A stretch of DNA of 64,000 nucleotides, taken from assembly GCA_963710605.1 (NCBI GenBank), contig CAVQBA010000004.1:896001-960000 (forward strand). Direction: 5' to 3'. Position numbers and translations under genes: made by a program. The stretch is from an uncultured cyanobacterium (GTDB lineage: Bacteria > Cyanobacteriota > Cyanobacteriia > Cyanobacteriales > Cyanobacteriaceae). The notes under the pieces were generated by a model, which saw nothing but the letters and a program-made list of their open reading frames with translations, searched no databases and was not told the DNA's origin. Of this stretch, positions 43,098 to 54,035 are shown piece by piece. How positions within the stretch are numbered: position 1 is the stretch's first letter; the number at the start of each line of letters is the position of its first letter.

Positions 43098-44120
43098 AAG
43101 CAAATCACCATGATAAAGTACTGCCCCTTGCCCTGGGGTAACCCCAAATTGTGAATCAGAGAAAATTAATTTTATTCGATTGTCTGCTAAAGGAATCACA
43201 TCAACAGTCTCGGGTTTAGAGCGGTATCTTACTTTTACTTGTGCTTGAATTGGATGATGAGGCTCAGGGATAGATACCCAATTCATCCGAGAGACAAAAC
43301 ATTCTTTTTTACCACCTTCATCTCTAGTTGCTACAATCACTTTATTCATCACAGGATCTAGTTTAACGACATATAAAGGCTCTGAATAGGCTATTTTTAA
43401 GCCTTTGCGTTGCCCGATCGTATAGTGATGTACTCCTTGGTGTTCACCTAAAACATTCCCTTCTAAATCAATAATTTCGCCTTGTTTGGGGGTGATATAT
43501 TTATCCAAAAATTCTGCCATCGAGCCATGAGATTCAATTAAACATAAATCTTGGCTTTCTGGTTTGTCAGCGGTTTTTAATTCAAATTGTGCCGCCATTT
43601 TTCGGGTTTCGGTTTTGGTATGATTACCAAGAGGAAAAACAAGATGTGATAATAATTCTTGAGTTAAATCGTATAAAAAGTAAGACTGATCTTTATTTTT
43701 GTCAACTGCTTTTAACAATTCGTAGCGATCGTTTTCTGGGTTATATTGAACCCTAGCATAATGCCCTGTAGCAATTTTATCAATACCTAACTTTTCTTGA
43801 GCATAAGCCAACATCGGCGGAAACTTAACCGTACGATTACATTGAGAGCATGGTAGAGGAGTAACCCCTGTTTCGTATCCAGAGACTAAATAATCAATAA
43901 TATGGGTTTGAAACAATTCACGGGTATCAACAACATGATGAGGAATATCTAACTGCTCACAAATAACAGCCGCATCCACCATGCCTTCTGAGCAACATTG
44001 CCCTTTTCCTTTCATTAACCACAAAGTCAAACCTTCAACGTGATAACCTTGCTCGTGTAAACTTGCCGCCGCAACCGAACTATCGACTCCGCCCGACAAT
44101 CCAACTACAACTTTATTCAT
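43068..44120 (-). CDS. mnmA: tRNA 2-thiouridine(34) synthase
   Basis: SGGVDSS, TGHYA, KDQSYFL, ESQDLC, TIGQRKG, TPGQ. Confidence 0.97.
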   Translation of the reverse strand: MNKVVVGLSGGVDSSVAAASLHEQGYHVEGLTLWLMKGKGQCCSEGMVDAAVICEQLDIPHHVVDTRELFQTHIIDYLVSGYETGVTPLPCSQCNRTVKFPPMLAYAQEKLGIDKIATGHYARVQYNPENDRYELLKAVDKNKDQSYFLYDLTQELLSHLVFPLGNHTKTETRKMAAQFELKTADKPESQDLCLIESHGSMAEFLDKYITPKQGEIIDLEGNVLGEHQGVHHYTIGQRKGLKIAYSEPLYVVKLDPVMNKVIVATRDEGGKKECFVSRMNWVSIPEPHHPIQAQVKVRYRSKPETVDVIPLADNRIKLIFSDSQFGVTPGQGAVLYHGDLLLGGGIIEKD

Positions 44121-44409
44121 GGATTCTCAAATTAAGAAATAAAATAACAACTAGATTGAAACTTATTGGTAATTGACAAATCATAATTAACCCTAACAGT
44201 CTAGTTAACAAGACAATTACCTATTTTTTTATAAACTCAGAATTCAGAACTGATTCACTGATGAAGAGCTTAACCTTTTATAATTATACTCAAAATAAAT
44301 GAATAATGAATAATGAATAATGAATAATTAGTAATTAATAATATTTTTTACTTTTGTACAGACGTTTTGCCAAAACGTCTCTTCCTCCTCAATTGTCAAT
44401 TGTCAATTG

Positions 44410-45192
44410 TTAATTGTCAATTATTCGATCGAGCATCATTTTTCGTCCTCGATTGGCTAAGGTATCATCTAAAGGAGTTAGAGTAATTTTTTCTTGATAC
44501 TTATGTTCGATCGCTTTAACTATTAACCAATCAGCTAAAAAAGGATTTTTCGGTAACAAGGCGCCATGAGCGTAAGTTGCGATCGCATTTTGGAAAAAAG
44601 CACCTTCAAAACCATCTTCACCATTGTTACCATAACCACTCACCACTTTACCTAAGGGCGAAACATCACCTAAATATGTTCTACCACCATGGTTTTCAAA
44701 ACCAACTACTGTCGGTAATTCATTCAACATAGCTTTTAAGTCTTCAGCCAAAGGAGAAGCCACGATATCAAAAGCGACATTACCAATACAACGAGAAGTT
44801 TCTACCCCCGGATGTTTAGTCACCAAATCAAGGATTCCTAAGCCATCAATCCTCTGCCCTAAGGCGGGTTCGTAATATTTACCTAATAGTTGCGGTGAGC
44901 CACAAGTAAATACCCCCGGTGTACCGTTTGTGAGTTTTTCTTTCATTATTTGGGCTTTTTTTCCTTGCAAATCACGCATGACAATTTCTTGTTGTCTATC
45001 TTGTGCACCGCCACCAACGACGATATCAAACTGGGCAAACTCATCTGCATCTGTTTGTTGATCTAAGGGTAAAATAGAGACATCTAAGCCACGCCATTGG
45101 CATCTTCTTTGTAAACAAATAACGTTTCCTCGATCGCCATACGTACTCATTAATTGAGGATAAAGCCAACCTATTTTTAATTCCATAGTCAT
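44410..45192 (-). CDS. GatD/CobQ-like type 1 glutamine amidotransferase
   Basis: LYPQLMSTYGDRGN, GGGAQD, CGSPQLLG, GFENHGG, LPKNP. Confidence 0.88.
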   Translation of the reverse strand: MTMELKIGWLYPQLMSTYGDRGNVICLQRRCQWRGLDVSILPLDQQTDADEFAQFDIVVGGGAQDRQQEIVMRDLQGKKAQIMKEKLTNGTPGVFTCGSPQLLGKYYEPALGQRIDGLGILDLVTKHPGVETSRCIGNVAFDIVASPLAEDLKAMLNELPTVVGFENHGGRTYLGDVSPLGKVVSGYGNNGEDGFEGAFFQNAIATYAHGALLPKNPFLADWLIVKAIEHKYQEKITLTPLDDTLANRGRKMMLDRIIDN

Positions 45193-45322
45193 GATAGTTA
45201 AAAGTTAAGAGTTTTTCATAGCTATAAGCTATAAGCCTGACATTCTCCAATATCTGTATCAGGATTTTACCTGATTATAGGATTAACAGGATTATTTTTC
45301 GATCGATTAAGATTAGAATAAT

Positions 45323-45475
45323 TATAGTAATTCTTGGTTAAATGAAGTACAAACTAATCCCCCTAAATCCACAGGGCTTACAAGCACCTGAAATAAATTC
45401 AGGTGACAGCCCTTCCCCTTTGTAAGGGGGACTTGCCAATTTTAAATTTACCTCATAATTAAGATAAATGCTATA
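45323..45475 (-). mobile_element. TATAG(C/T)..GCTATA MITE-like element with nested ~44-bp hairpin insertion (45371..45414)
   Basis: Reverse-oriented copy of the 62593 element; internal AGGGCT..CACCTGAA/TTCAGGTG..AGCCCT hairpin. Confidence 0.7.
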
Positions 45476-45502
45476 TTAATTATTAACTATTAATTATCAT
45501 CT

Positions 45503-46198
45503 ATGTCCGAAAAACCAGTAGAAAAAACTAAAAGTAATTTTGACTTACTTGCTGAGGAATCTTTAAAGCGTGGCTCACCTTCAGGTTGGTTTGATACACT
45601 ATATCAACAAGCCCAAAATGACCCAAATAAAGTGCCTTGGGCAAAAATGCAACCTCATCCTTTTTTTCAGGATTGGTTAGATAATCATGGGCAATCGCTC
45701 GAAAACAAAGATGCTTCTATTTTAGTTATCGGTTGTGGATTAGGTGATGATGCTCAAGCTTTAGCTGATTTAGGTTTTACTAATATTACTGCTTTTGATA
45801 TTTCTGGTGAGGCGATTAGTTGGTGTCAAAAACGTTTTCCTGATTCGGATGTTAATTACATGGTTGCTGATTTATTTGATTTAGATTCAAATTGGCAAAA
45901 TAAGTTTGACTTTGTTTATGAATGTCGTAATATTCAGGCATTACCATTAGATGTAAGAAGTCAGATCATTAATAATATAGCGAATTTGGTTGCTCCTGAA
46001 GGTATTTTGCTGGTAATCGATCGTCTTCGTGATCGGAGCGAAAAAAACCCTTTTGGACCACCTTGGGCTTTGTCTGATGAAGAATTTGATTTATTTGTTA
46101 AGTTTGGTTTACAACAAATTCAGATAGATACTTTTAAAGAAGGGGAAAATGAAGAAGTGACTACTTTAAGAATTCAATATCAAAACGATAAAAAATAA
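45503..46198 (+). CDS. Class I SAM-dependent methyltransferase (TPMT-like)
   Basis: VPWA, VIGCGLGDDA, FDIS, GPPWAL. Confidence 0.85.
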   Translation: MSEKPVEKTKSNFDLLAEESLKRGSPSGWFDTLYQQAQNDPNKVPWAKMQPHPFFQDWLDNHGQSLENKDASILVIGCGLGDDAQALADLGFTNITAFDISGEAISWCQKRFPDSDVNYMVADLFDLDSNWQNKFDFVYECRNIQALPLDVRSQIINNIANLVAPEGILLVIDRLRDRSEKNPFGPPWALSDEEFDLFVKFGLQQIQIDTFKEGENEEVTTLRIQYQNDKK

Positions 46199-46262
46199 AA
46201 GATAACGAATAACAATCTTGTTTCAAATCTGTGAAAATAATAGTTAAAACAATTATTAATTA

Positions 46263-46814
46263 TCACGGTAAATTATCTCGAAAACAAATAGCACAAACTC
46301 CCCAACGTTTTAACTCCCCCTCAGGGCAAGATGTATGACAATTAGGGCAACTATGCCAAGTAGAAGTCCGATTTTTAATCTGCTCAAACCATTTTTCTAA
46401 AGCTTCTGTCGGTGTTTCGCTTTTTTCTAAGGAAGAAGAATTGACACCTGAATCAGCAATTAAGCTAGGATGTTTTTCTTGTCGGGTATCATCTTCCATA
46501 TTTATAGTAACTAGATGATTGTTATACCAAGACATCGAAGCAAAATGTAAATCTTTAATCGGTTTTTCTGTACGACGATTAATTTTAACAATTAAACCAC
46601 GTCTTTGTAAGCTCAATTCTTGAGCCCATACAGCATTAGAAGTCGCAACGTATAAAGTATCGTTTTTAACTGAAACAGGACGAGTATGTTGTGTTACCTT
46701 ATGATTAGCAATCTCATACCAGCATTTTTTTAATTCATAATATCTTCTTTGTTTCTCCCATTGTGGTTGAGACAAAATTACTTGTAATAATTTATCTAAA
46801 GAATTGAATGACAT
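46263..46814 (-). CDS. DUF721/DciA family protein with Zn ribbon
   Basis: HTRP..LYVATSNAVWAQEL; CPNC..CAIC. Confidence 0.85.
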   Translation of the reverse strand: MSFNSLDKLLQVILSQPQWEKQRRYYELKKCWYEIANHKVTQHTRPVSVKNDTLYVATSNAVWAQELSLQRRGLIVKINRRTEKPIKDLHFASMSWYNNHLVTINMEDDTRQEKHPSLIADSGVNSSSLEKSETPTEALEKWFEQIKNRTSTWHSCPNCHTSCPEGELKRWGVCAICFRDNLP

Positions 46815-46821
46815 AATTTTT

Positions 46822-47673
46822 ATGAATCAAAACAATATTTCTGTTCATCCTATAATAATAAAAACGATCGAAAATTTAGATTTGGATTTACAATCAGAAT
46901 TGAGTCAATTTGAAGATAGTCGTTTACACAACACAGCTTTAATTACTCAGGCATCTAATCAAAATAACATGATAGATGGTAATGATGAAGATGTTTATGT
47001 TGTCTATCAATCAGCTACTTTAGAAACTAAGTCAACTACTGAAAATGAAAATCTAGTCTCAGTTTCTACGACTCAAATCAATCCAGAAGAGAATGTTCTC
47101 GATCGCCGCGTAGCGCCGGCTTTGCCCGATCGTATCTTAACACCTTGGGGAATATTTGGGATCATCTTTTTTATCACCGCTAATATTTTAATTATTTTCC
47201 ATTTAGATAATCAAAATTTGGTTAAACAAAACAAGATTGCAGTCTCAACTAATTCTTCTCTCAATCAAAATAAAATTGCTGAAAATTCAACATCATCAAC
47301 TGAAGAAGTCTTAGAAACGACTATACCTTCTCCTTATCCTGATTTAAAAACAGCATTGTTTGCCCAAATCGATCAACAAAATTCTAACACTTCAACTCAG
47401 CAACAAACTAATTCTGACAACACTTCTGTTAAACCAGTATCCAAAACTAATCAGAGCAATTCTTCAACAAACTCTTATCATATCATTAGTAACTATAAAG
47501 ATATGAACCAGTTTAATAAAATCAAAGAAAAAGTTCCTTCTGCTGTCATTACAACTATTGACAAAAAGATGAAGATTAGATTAGCCGTCGTACAAGACAA
47601 AACTAAAGCCAGAAAAACATCTGAGCAATTAGAAAATAAAGGAATCAATAATTATATTGAAGAATACAAGTAA
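46822..47673 (+). CDS. Single-pass membrane protein with possible C-terminal SPOR-like domain
   Basis: TM LTPWGIFGIIFFITAN, Ser/Thr/Asn linker; likely start MNQNN at 46822. Confidence 0.65.
   Translation: MNQNNISVHPIIIKTIENLDLDLQSELSQFEDSRLHNTALITQASNQNNMIDGNDEDVYVVYQSATLETKSTTENENLVSVSTTQINPEENVLDRRVAPALPDRILTPWGIFGIIFFITANILIIFHLDNQNLVKQNKIAVSTNSSLNQNKIAENSTSSTEEVLETTIPSPYPDLKTALFAQIDQQNSNTSTQQQTNSDNTSVKPVSKTNQSNSSTNSYHIISNYKDMNQFNKIKEKVPSAVITTIDKKMKIRLAVVQDKTKARKTSEQLENKGINNYIEEYK
47100..47132. mobile_element. 21-nt GC-rich mini-element between duplicated HIP1 cores (SDR5-like)
   Basis: CGATCG-CCGCGTAGCGCCGGCTTTGCC-CGATCG, in frame within an AT-rich CDS. Confidence 0.75.
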
Positions 47674-48030
47674 ATTCAACTGCTAAAATTGATAATGACA
47701 AATAAGCCATTGTTTACTTGAAGATAATTGATTTGTTGATTAAATTTTTGTTGAACAGTAAAATGCTAAAAAAAAGGATATTAGTAATGTAATTACGTCT
47801 GTCTTTGAATTAATTTCGTGATAAATTATAAAAAAGTAATCTCAATCTTATAATTAGTGTAATCTGAAAAAAACGAATGTTTTAGTTCTAGTAGGAATAC
47901 GAATGTCTTTAACCATTAATAATTTTTGGTCATTTTGACTGTATTCTCAATATGAGGTTAAATATCAATTATTTTTTATTGACAAATTGATTTTAGAAAA
48001 TTAAGATATTCGATCGATTGAAATTAATGA

Positions 48031-48810
48031 TTAGATAGTAGCCGCACTTACGTTGCTACTTCTTTGAACAATAAATTGAGGATAATTACTTGTTTGAGTA
48101 CTTGAATTTTCATTAGTAATAAAATTAATGAAATCTTGTGTATTAGGGAAACAATCAATAGAAGAATGAATGATTTTTCCTTGTTTTAAAGCAATACGAT
48201 TACAAACAACTTGTTCAAATTTAGTTTTACTATTTATTTGCCAATCTTCAATGATAATAGCATCTAAATTAGATCCACTGAAGTTAGTATTGTGAGCATT
48301 AACATCCGTCAAATCAGCTTTTTTAAAGTCAGCATAGGTTAAAACTGCACTTTCTAGATTAGCTTCCATAAAATTAGCACCACAAAAAATACCTTTGCTT
48401 AAATTAGCAAAACGTAAATCTACTGTAATAAAATACGATTCTGAGCAATTAGCGTTGTGAAAATTTGCTCCTGACAAATTAGCCCTTGAAAAATCGGCTT
48501 CCATAAAGTAAGCACCATTAAAATCGGTATCTTGTAGATTCGCACGGCTTAAATTAGCATCTCTACCAAAAGCAGAAGAAAAATTAGCCCTAAATAAATC
48601 AGCCTTTACTAAATTAGTATTACTTAAAGTTGTCTGGCTCAAATTAGCTTGTTTTAAATTTGCTCCTTTTAAGTTAAATTTACTTAAATTTAAACCCGTT
48701 AAATTAGCGTTACTTAAATCAGGAATAATCTGAGGGTTATTTTTTCTCCAAGAATTCCAATCTTGAACAGATAAAGTCGTGACATATTCTAAATGCTGTT
48801 TGTTTGCCAT
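48031..48810 (-). CDS. Pentapeptide repeat protein
   Basis: MANKQHL..WNSWR..PDLSNANL followed by pentapeptide repeats. Confidence 0.9.
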   Translation of the reverse strand: MANKQHLEYVTTLSVQDWNSWRKNNPQIIPDLSNANLTGLNLSKFNLKGANLKQANLSQTTLSNTNLVKADLFRANFSSAFGRDANLSRANLQDTDFNGAYFMEADFSRANLSGANFHNANCSESYFITVDLRFANLSKGIFCGANFMEANLESAVLTYADFKKADLTDVNAHNTNFSGSNLDAIIIEDWQINSKTKFEQVVCNRIALKQGKIIHSSIDCFPNTQDFINFITNENSSTQTSNYPQFIVQRSSNVSAATI

Positions 48811-49112
48811 CTTTAAATTCCTCAAGTAAGCTTTATAATTTCTTTATATTTATATTAGACAGTACAAATGTGTAGAAGTTGTGGAGATTTAAAAAAAAAT
48901 AAAATTATTGATTATATTACAAAATGGTTTCAAATAGTAAAATAAACTATAACAAGTTAACAAATATTTATATTTATAGTTGACAATTATTAATTTGAAT
49001 GCTTTTTCCTTAAGTATAACCATTGTCATCAGTCTAAAGTAGTAATTAATACTAGTATTTGTACTGATAAATATTGTCTTAACAAACTTTAATATAATTA
49101 ACTTAAGTAATA

Positions 49113-50000
49113 TTATGGAATAAATTGGATAATACCAGTATTACCATTAATTTTGACAAATTCACCTACGGGTAAACAAGCATTGACTCCTTCATGTCCG
49201 AAGGGTAAATTACTAATTATGGGGATATTTAAATCTTGAAAACGATCGATTAAGACTTCTTCTACTGTCAAACTAGGTACACCTTCTGGTGCATCGCTAC
49301 TACTAAATCTGCCAATGAGGATACCTTTAACTCGATTAAAAATACCCATCAATCGCCATTGAGTTAACATTCGATCGATTCTATAAGGTGCTTCACCCAC
49401 ATCTTCAAAAGCTAAAATAACGTTATCCAAATTTGGACACACAGGTGTGGATAATAAGTGAGTCGCAACGGTTAAATTAGCAGGTAATAGTCTTCCTGTG
49501 ACTGTTTCTCCTCCCCACCCTTTGCCTTGTAAATTAGCTAGGGATTCTCCTTCTAAATAATTAAATAAACGATTTAATGACCATTCTGGTTCGTTAGCGA
49601 TAGTTGTTAAAACAGGTGCATGAAGCCCAACAATATTATGGTGATACAAACTCCACAATAAAGCGGTAATATCAGAAAAACCAATCAACCATTTAGGCGG
49701 TGAAATAGATTGCCATTGCCAATCTTCGAGAATTCTTGCTCCTCCATAACCACCCCGAATACATAAAATAGCTTTATATTCAACGCTTAACCATGCGTTA
49801 TTTAACGCTCGACGACGAGTTTTATCATCTCCTGCCAGATATCCTTGTTTTGCTAAATAGTTTTCGTCTAATACGACGTTGTATCCTCTTTCTCGCCAAA
49901 TGTCCAAGCCTTGTTGCAGTTTTTCTTTTTCTTTAAGTAAACCACTAGGTGCGATCGCAATTAAGGTGTCTCCTTTTTTTAAATAAGGCGGTAGGTACAT
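49113..50000 (-). CDS. LD-carboxypeptidase (peptidase S66)
   Basis: RGGYG, GFSDIT, EDVGE, PFGH. Confidence 0.92.
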   Translation of the reverse strand: MYLPPYLKKGDTLIAIAPSGLLKEKEKLQQGLDIWRERGYNVVLDENYLAKQGYLAGDDKTRRRALNNAWLSVEYKAILCIRGGYGGARILEDWQWQSISPPKWLIGFSDITALLWSLYHHNIVGLHAPVLTTIANEPEWSLNRLFNYLEGESLANLQGKGWGGETVTGRLLPANLTVATHLLSTPVCPNLDNVILAFEDVGEAPYRIDRMLTQWRLMGIFNRVKGILIGRFSSSDAPEGVPSLTVEEVLIDRFQDLNIPIISNLPFGHEGVNACLPVGEFVKINGNTGIIQFIP

Positions 50001-50074
50001 GATAGTTAATAGTTGATAGTTAATAGTTAATAGTTAATAGTTGATAATTAAACTAACTGTTCATTGTTCATTGT

Positions 50075-50662
50075 TCATTGTTCATTGTTATCTGTTTTGT
50101 CTTCGATGATATAAAAGCGTTTTTTCTCGGAATCAAAAAAAATATTGTATTTACTTAACTCATCTCCTTTAGCTTTTAAAAAAGTATCATAACCAGCAGA
50201 TTTAATATAGTCAGTTTTTTTTAATCTTTGCCAAGTTTGATGACGAGTTAGATAGACTATTTTTTGCTTATCGGTGATTTCAACCAAAGAATATTCCTCT
50301 GATTGTATTGGTTTTGTCGGTGTAGTGGTATTACTAACTTGAGTTTTGTCTAATTTTTCGGTTGCGAGGGAAGAATTCTGCTCAATTTGTCGTTCTAGTA
50401 TTTTAATTTTATCAATTAAAGGTGCTAAAGATTGATTAATCAATAACTGTATTTTTTGCTCTAAATTGTTATCACTACTACTTTGGTTTAGTAAAAACTC
50501 TGTTACAATCGGCTGATTAGTTATACAACCATTAATTATTTTGCTGATGACGGTTTGACTACTGACTTGATTTTGCTCGCACCATTGCTCAAATTTCGCT
50601 AGTTGGTTTCGATCGAGAAAAACGGAAAATAATTCTTCTTCTGAGTGATGATTATCCATCAA
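50075..50662 (-). CDS. Hypothetical protein
   Basis: 195-aa ORF co-oriented between moaB and the LD-carboxypeptidase; coiled coil. Confidence 0.6.
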   Translation of the reverse strand: MMDNHHSEEELFSVFLDRNQLAKFEQWCEQNQVSSQTVISKIINGCITNQPIVTEFLLNQSSSDNNLEQKIQLLINQSLAPLIDKIKILERQIEQNSSLATEKLDKTQVSNTTTPTKPIQSEEYSLVEITDKQKIVYLTRHQTWQRLKKTDYIKSAGYDTFLKAKGDELSKYNIFFDSEKKRFYIIEDKTDNNEQ

Positions 50663-50678
50663 ATATCTTCTTTTAATC

Positions 50679-51182
50679 TTAATCAGGATTAATTTGGGTT
50701 ACTAAATGATTTAATTCAGGGATAATTAACTTTTCCATCGCCAAAGAAACCGCATTTTTCGCCCCTGGTAAAGAAAAAATTATTTTATCTTGATATATTC
50801 CTGCTGTCGCCCTAGAAGCCATTGCCCTTGAGCCTATTTCTTGGTAGCTGAGAAAGCGAAATATTTCGCCAAACCCAGAAATCGTTTTTTGTAAAATAGA
50901 ATTTAAAATATCATAAGTATTATCCCTCGGAGAAATACCTGTACCACCAGAAAAAATAATTACTTTAATCAGTTTATTTTCTACTAGACTTTCGATTAAT
51001 AATTTGATTTGTTCTGGTTCATCTTTAATTATTTGATAATAAATTATGTGGTGACCAGCTCTATATAATATATCTTGAGCTAATCTACCACTATAATCAT
51101 TTTCTTGAGTCCGAGTATCACTTACAGTTATCACAGCACAATTAATCGATCGTTTTTTATGATCCTGATGAGGTATTTTCAT
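50679..51182 (-). CDS. moaB: Molybdenum cofactor biosynthesis protein B (MogA/MoaB)
   Basis: ITVSDTR, GGTGISPRD, GFGEIFR, SRATAG, LPG. Confidence 0.92.
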   Translation of the reverse strand: MKIPHQDHKKRSINCAVITVSDTRTQENDYSGRLAQDILYRAGHHIIYYQIIKDEPEQIKLLIESLVENKLIKVIIFSGGTGISPRDNTYDILNSILQKTISGFGEIFRFLSYQEIGSRAMASRATAGIYQDKIIFSLPGAKNAVSLAMEKLIIPELNHLVTQINPD

Positions 51183-51473
51183 CTCGTTTTATATGTGCCA
51201 AGTTTAAGACTGTTAATTAACTATTCTGTTCATTTTTCAAGTTACAGAATCAACTTTTGAGTAAAAAAAATAATTAACTAGACATTATTATAAATATTCA
51301 ATTTTTTTTATTAAAAATAAAACGACCCAAAATTTATACGCAAGTACAAGACTAAATTAATATAATGATCATTAATTGCTGACTACAAAACAGTAATTAC
51401 AATTAATCCTAATCTAGTAATATATTGAATATAATCTATTTAAAGTTGGACTATTGACAACTAACTAATCATC

Positions 51474-51812
51474 TTATTTTGATTTATTAAAACCCAATTC
51501 GTTTTCTTCAGCATAACGCTCCATAAAACGCATAAATCTTTCCCATTCATCCGCTGAGCGAATAATATAAGTTGCTTCTAAAGCTGTAGGCTCACCATTA
51601 ATGAATTTACAATTAACTTCTCTGGTTAATAATTCACCTTCTTCATCAATTAGGTACATCCCTGTTACTTCTTGAGTATTACCACTATCAAGAATTTCAC
51701 TTTCTTCAAAACGGAAGATAGCTTGACCATTACTGCCATCACGAGAACGAGTTAATCTAACATCAGGGATAGACTGCTCAACTATGCCTCTTGCAAATTC
51801 TATTCTTGCCAT
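51474..51812 (-). CDS. psb28: Photosystem II assembly protein Psb28
   Basis: [23 protein letters not shown]. Confidence 0.97.
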   Translation of the reverse strand: MARIEFARGIVEQSIPDVRLTRSRDGSNGQAIFRFEESEILDSGNTQEVTGMYLIDEEGELLTREVNCKFINGEPTALEATYIIRSADEWERFMRFMERYAEENELGFNKSK

Positions 51813-52073
51813 TAATATTTTTTCTTTATTAAACTACACATTCTCTATCTTCTCATATCAATGACGAATAATAAATAGATAACAGTGGACAGATAAAGTG
51901 CGAACAATGAACAGATAAAATATTTTAATTATCCTCAAAAGTGGACATTCGATACTTTAATTGATTAGAGATGGTAAGGTAACCTCACCGTCTCTCCACC
52001 GCTTTTGTTCGCAATTATCTATTATTCACTATTAACTATTTACATTCTCCATTCTCGATTATTTTTTGCCGTT

Positions 52074-54035
52074 TTAGGCTGTTGTAGTTGTACGACGACG
52101 GCGAGTAAATTTATCGTCTAAATTAGGTTTAGAAACAGAAATAGATTCTTTTTGAATATTATTATGACTGTTTCCGTTACCGTTACCATTACCATTACCA
52201 TTACCATTACCATTGTTGTCACTGTAATGATTAGCAAATGATTGGTGATTACTTTCTGGGGCTTGTAAAATAAATAAGACTAAAGGATTACTTTGAAATT
52301 CCCTTTGAATCATACGGTTTAATGCTGTCTCTACTTCGATGCGAATATTATGCCAATTAATTGCATCACCGTCGTTTAAAAGAAGATTACTTTTAACTCG
52401 ATCGTTTATATTTCTTTCTACAGTACGATCGATTAAACGTTCTAAAGTACTGCTATCCATATTACAAACAACCCCTCGTAAATCAACTTGAGGCTTGCTT
52501 AATAAGTTACCACCCTCATCAACTGCACAAGCAATAGTAATAACACCATCTTCTGCTAATTGTTGACGCTCTTCCATTACATTGTCATGAACGACACCTG
52601 CGGTATCAACTAATTGTATTCCTGAAGGTACTTTTTCTCCTTTACGAATACTATTGGCAGTTAATTCGATCGTATCGCCATTATTCATAATAACAATATT
52701 TTCGGCAGGAATACCTACACTTTGAGCAGTTTGTGAGTGTTTAACCAACATACGATGCTCACCATGTACAGGTACTAAATATTTAGGACGAGCTAAGGAT
52801 AACATCAATTTGTGGTCTTCTTGGCAACCATGTCCAGATACGTGGACACCGTTTTGTTTACCGTAAATTACATTTGCACCTTGAATCATCAAGCGATCGA
52901 TTGTATTAACAACCCCGATGGTATTACCCGGAATTGGATTAGCTGAGAAAACAATCGTATCATTTTGACGGACTTTGATTTGTCTATGTTCACCACGAGA
53001 AATTCTCGTCATTGCCGCAAATTTTTCGCCTTGCGAGCCTGTACAAAGAATTAAGACTTCTTCATCTCTCAAGCTACCCAAATGCCTTAAAGGTAAAAAT
53101 ATATTATCAGGACATTTGATATAACCCAAATTACGGGCATGGGCAATTACGTTTAACATCGATCGCCCGACAACACCTACTTTACGTTTGTATTTCATCG
53201 CTAAATCGAGAATGATATTAATTCGATGAACAGATGTCGCAAATGTGGTTAGCATTACCCGTCCTGGTGCTTGAGATATGGCTTTATCTAGAGCAGGATA
53301 AACTGCTTTTTCTGATGGGGTAAAACCTTCTACTTCAGCATTAGTTGAGTCACCCATCATACACAAAACACCTTGTTGCCCTAACTCAGCTAGACGATGT
53401 AGGTCAAAATATTCTCCATCAACAGGGGTATAGTCTATTTTGTAATCTCCCGTATGAATTAAGACACCAATAGGGGTATGAATTGCGAGGGTAAAACTAT
53501 CTGCGATCGAGTGAGTGTTGCGAATAAACTCTACTTGAAAATGTTTACCAACTTTAACAACATCACGAGGACCTACTGTGTTAATATTGGTTTTCTCTAG
53601 TAAACCTGCCTCTTTTAACTTGTCTGTTAATAAAGACATTGCTAAACGAGGGCCATAAATCAGGGGTATATCTAGCTGTCTTAAATGATAAGGAATACCA
53701 CCAATATGATCTTCATGACCATGAGTTGCTATCATGGCTGTAATTTTATGATTGTTCTCCTTTACATAAGTCATGTCTGGTAAGACGATATTAATACCGT
53801 GCATACCATCAGTAGGAAAACCAATACCCGCATCTACTAAGATCATTTCGTCTTCGTATTCATAAATACAGGTATTTTTACCAATTTCGTGTAATCCACC
53901 TAAAGGTATTACTTTCACTTTTGGTTGATTATCATCAATCTTTGGCTCAATAATCGGGTTGATGCTTTCCGATTCATTAGTTGTTGTTGTTCTTCTTCTT
54001 CTGTCTTTAATTGTATATACTTTTTTATCTACCAT
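52074..54035 (-). CDS. rnj: Ribonuclease J
   Basis: LGGLHEIGKN, HGHEDHIG, HSIAD, GSQGE, HVSGH, PVHGE. Confidence 0.96.
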   Translation of the reverse strand: MVDKKVYTIKDRRRRTTTTNESESINPIIEPKIDDNQPKVKVIPLGGLHEIGKNTCIYEYEDEMILVDAGIGFPTDGMHGINIVLPDMTYVKENNHKITAMIATHGHEDHIGGIPYHLRQLDIPLIYGPRLAMSLLTDKLKEAGLLEKTNINTVGPRDVVKVGKHFQVEFIRNTHSIADSFTLAIHTPIGVLIHTGDYKIDYTPVDGEYFDLHRLAELGQQGVLCMMGDSTNAEVEGFTPSEKAVYPALDKAISQAPGRVMLTTFATSVHRINIILDLAMKYKRKVGVVGRSMLNVIAHARNLGYIKCPDNIFLPLRHLGSLRDEEVLILCTGSQGEKFAAMTRISRGEHRQIKVRQNDTIVFSANPIPGNTIGVVNTIDRLMIQGANVIYGKQNGVHVSGHGCQEDHKLMLSLARPKYLVPVHGEHRMLVKHSQTAQSVGIPAENIVIMNNGDTIELTANSIRKGEKVPSGIQLVDTAGVVHDNVMEERQQLAEDGVITIACAVDEGGNLLSKPQVDLRGVVCNMDSSTLERLIDRTVERNINDRVKSNLLLNDGDAINWHNIRIEVETALNRMIQREFQSNPLVLFILQAPESNHQSFANHYSDNNGNGNGNGNGNGNGNSHNNIQKESISVSKPNLDDKFTRRRRTTTTA

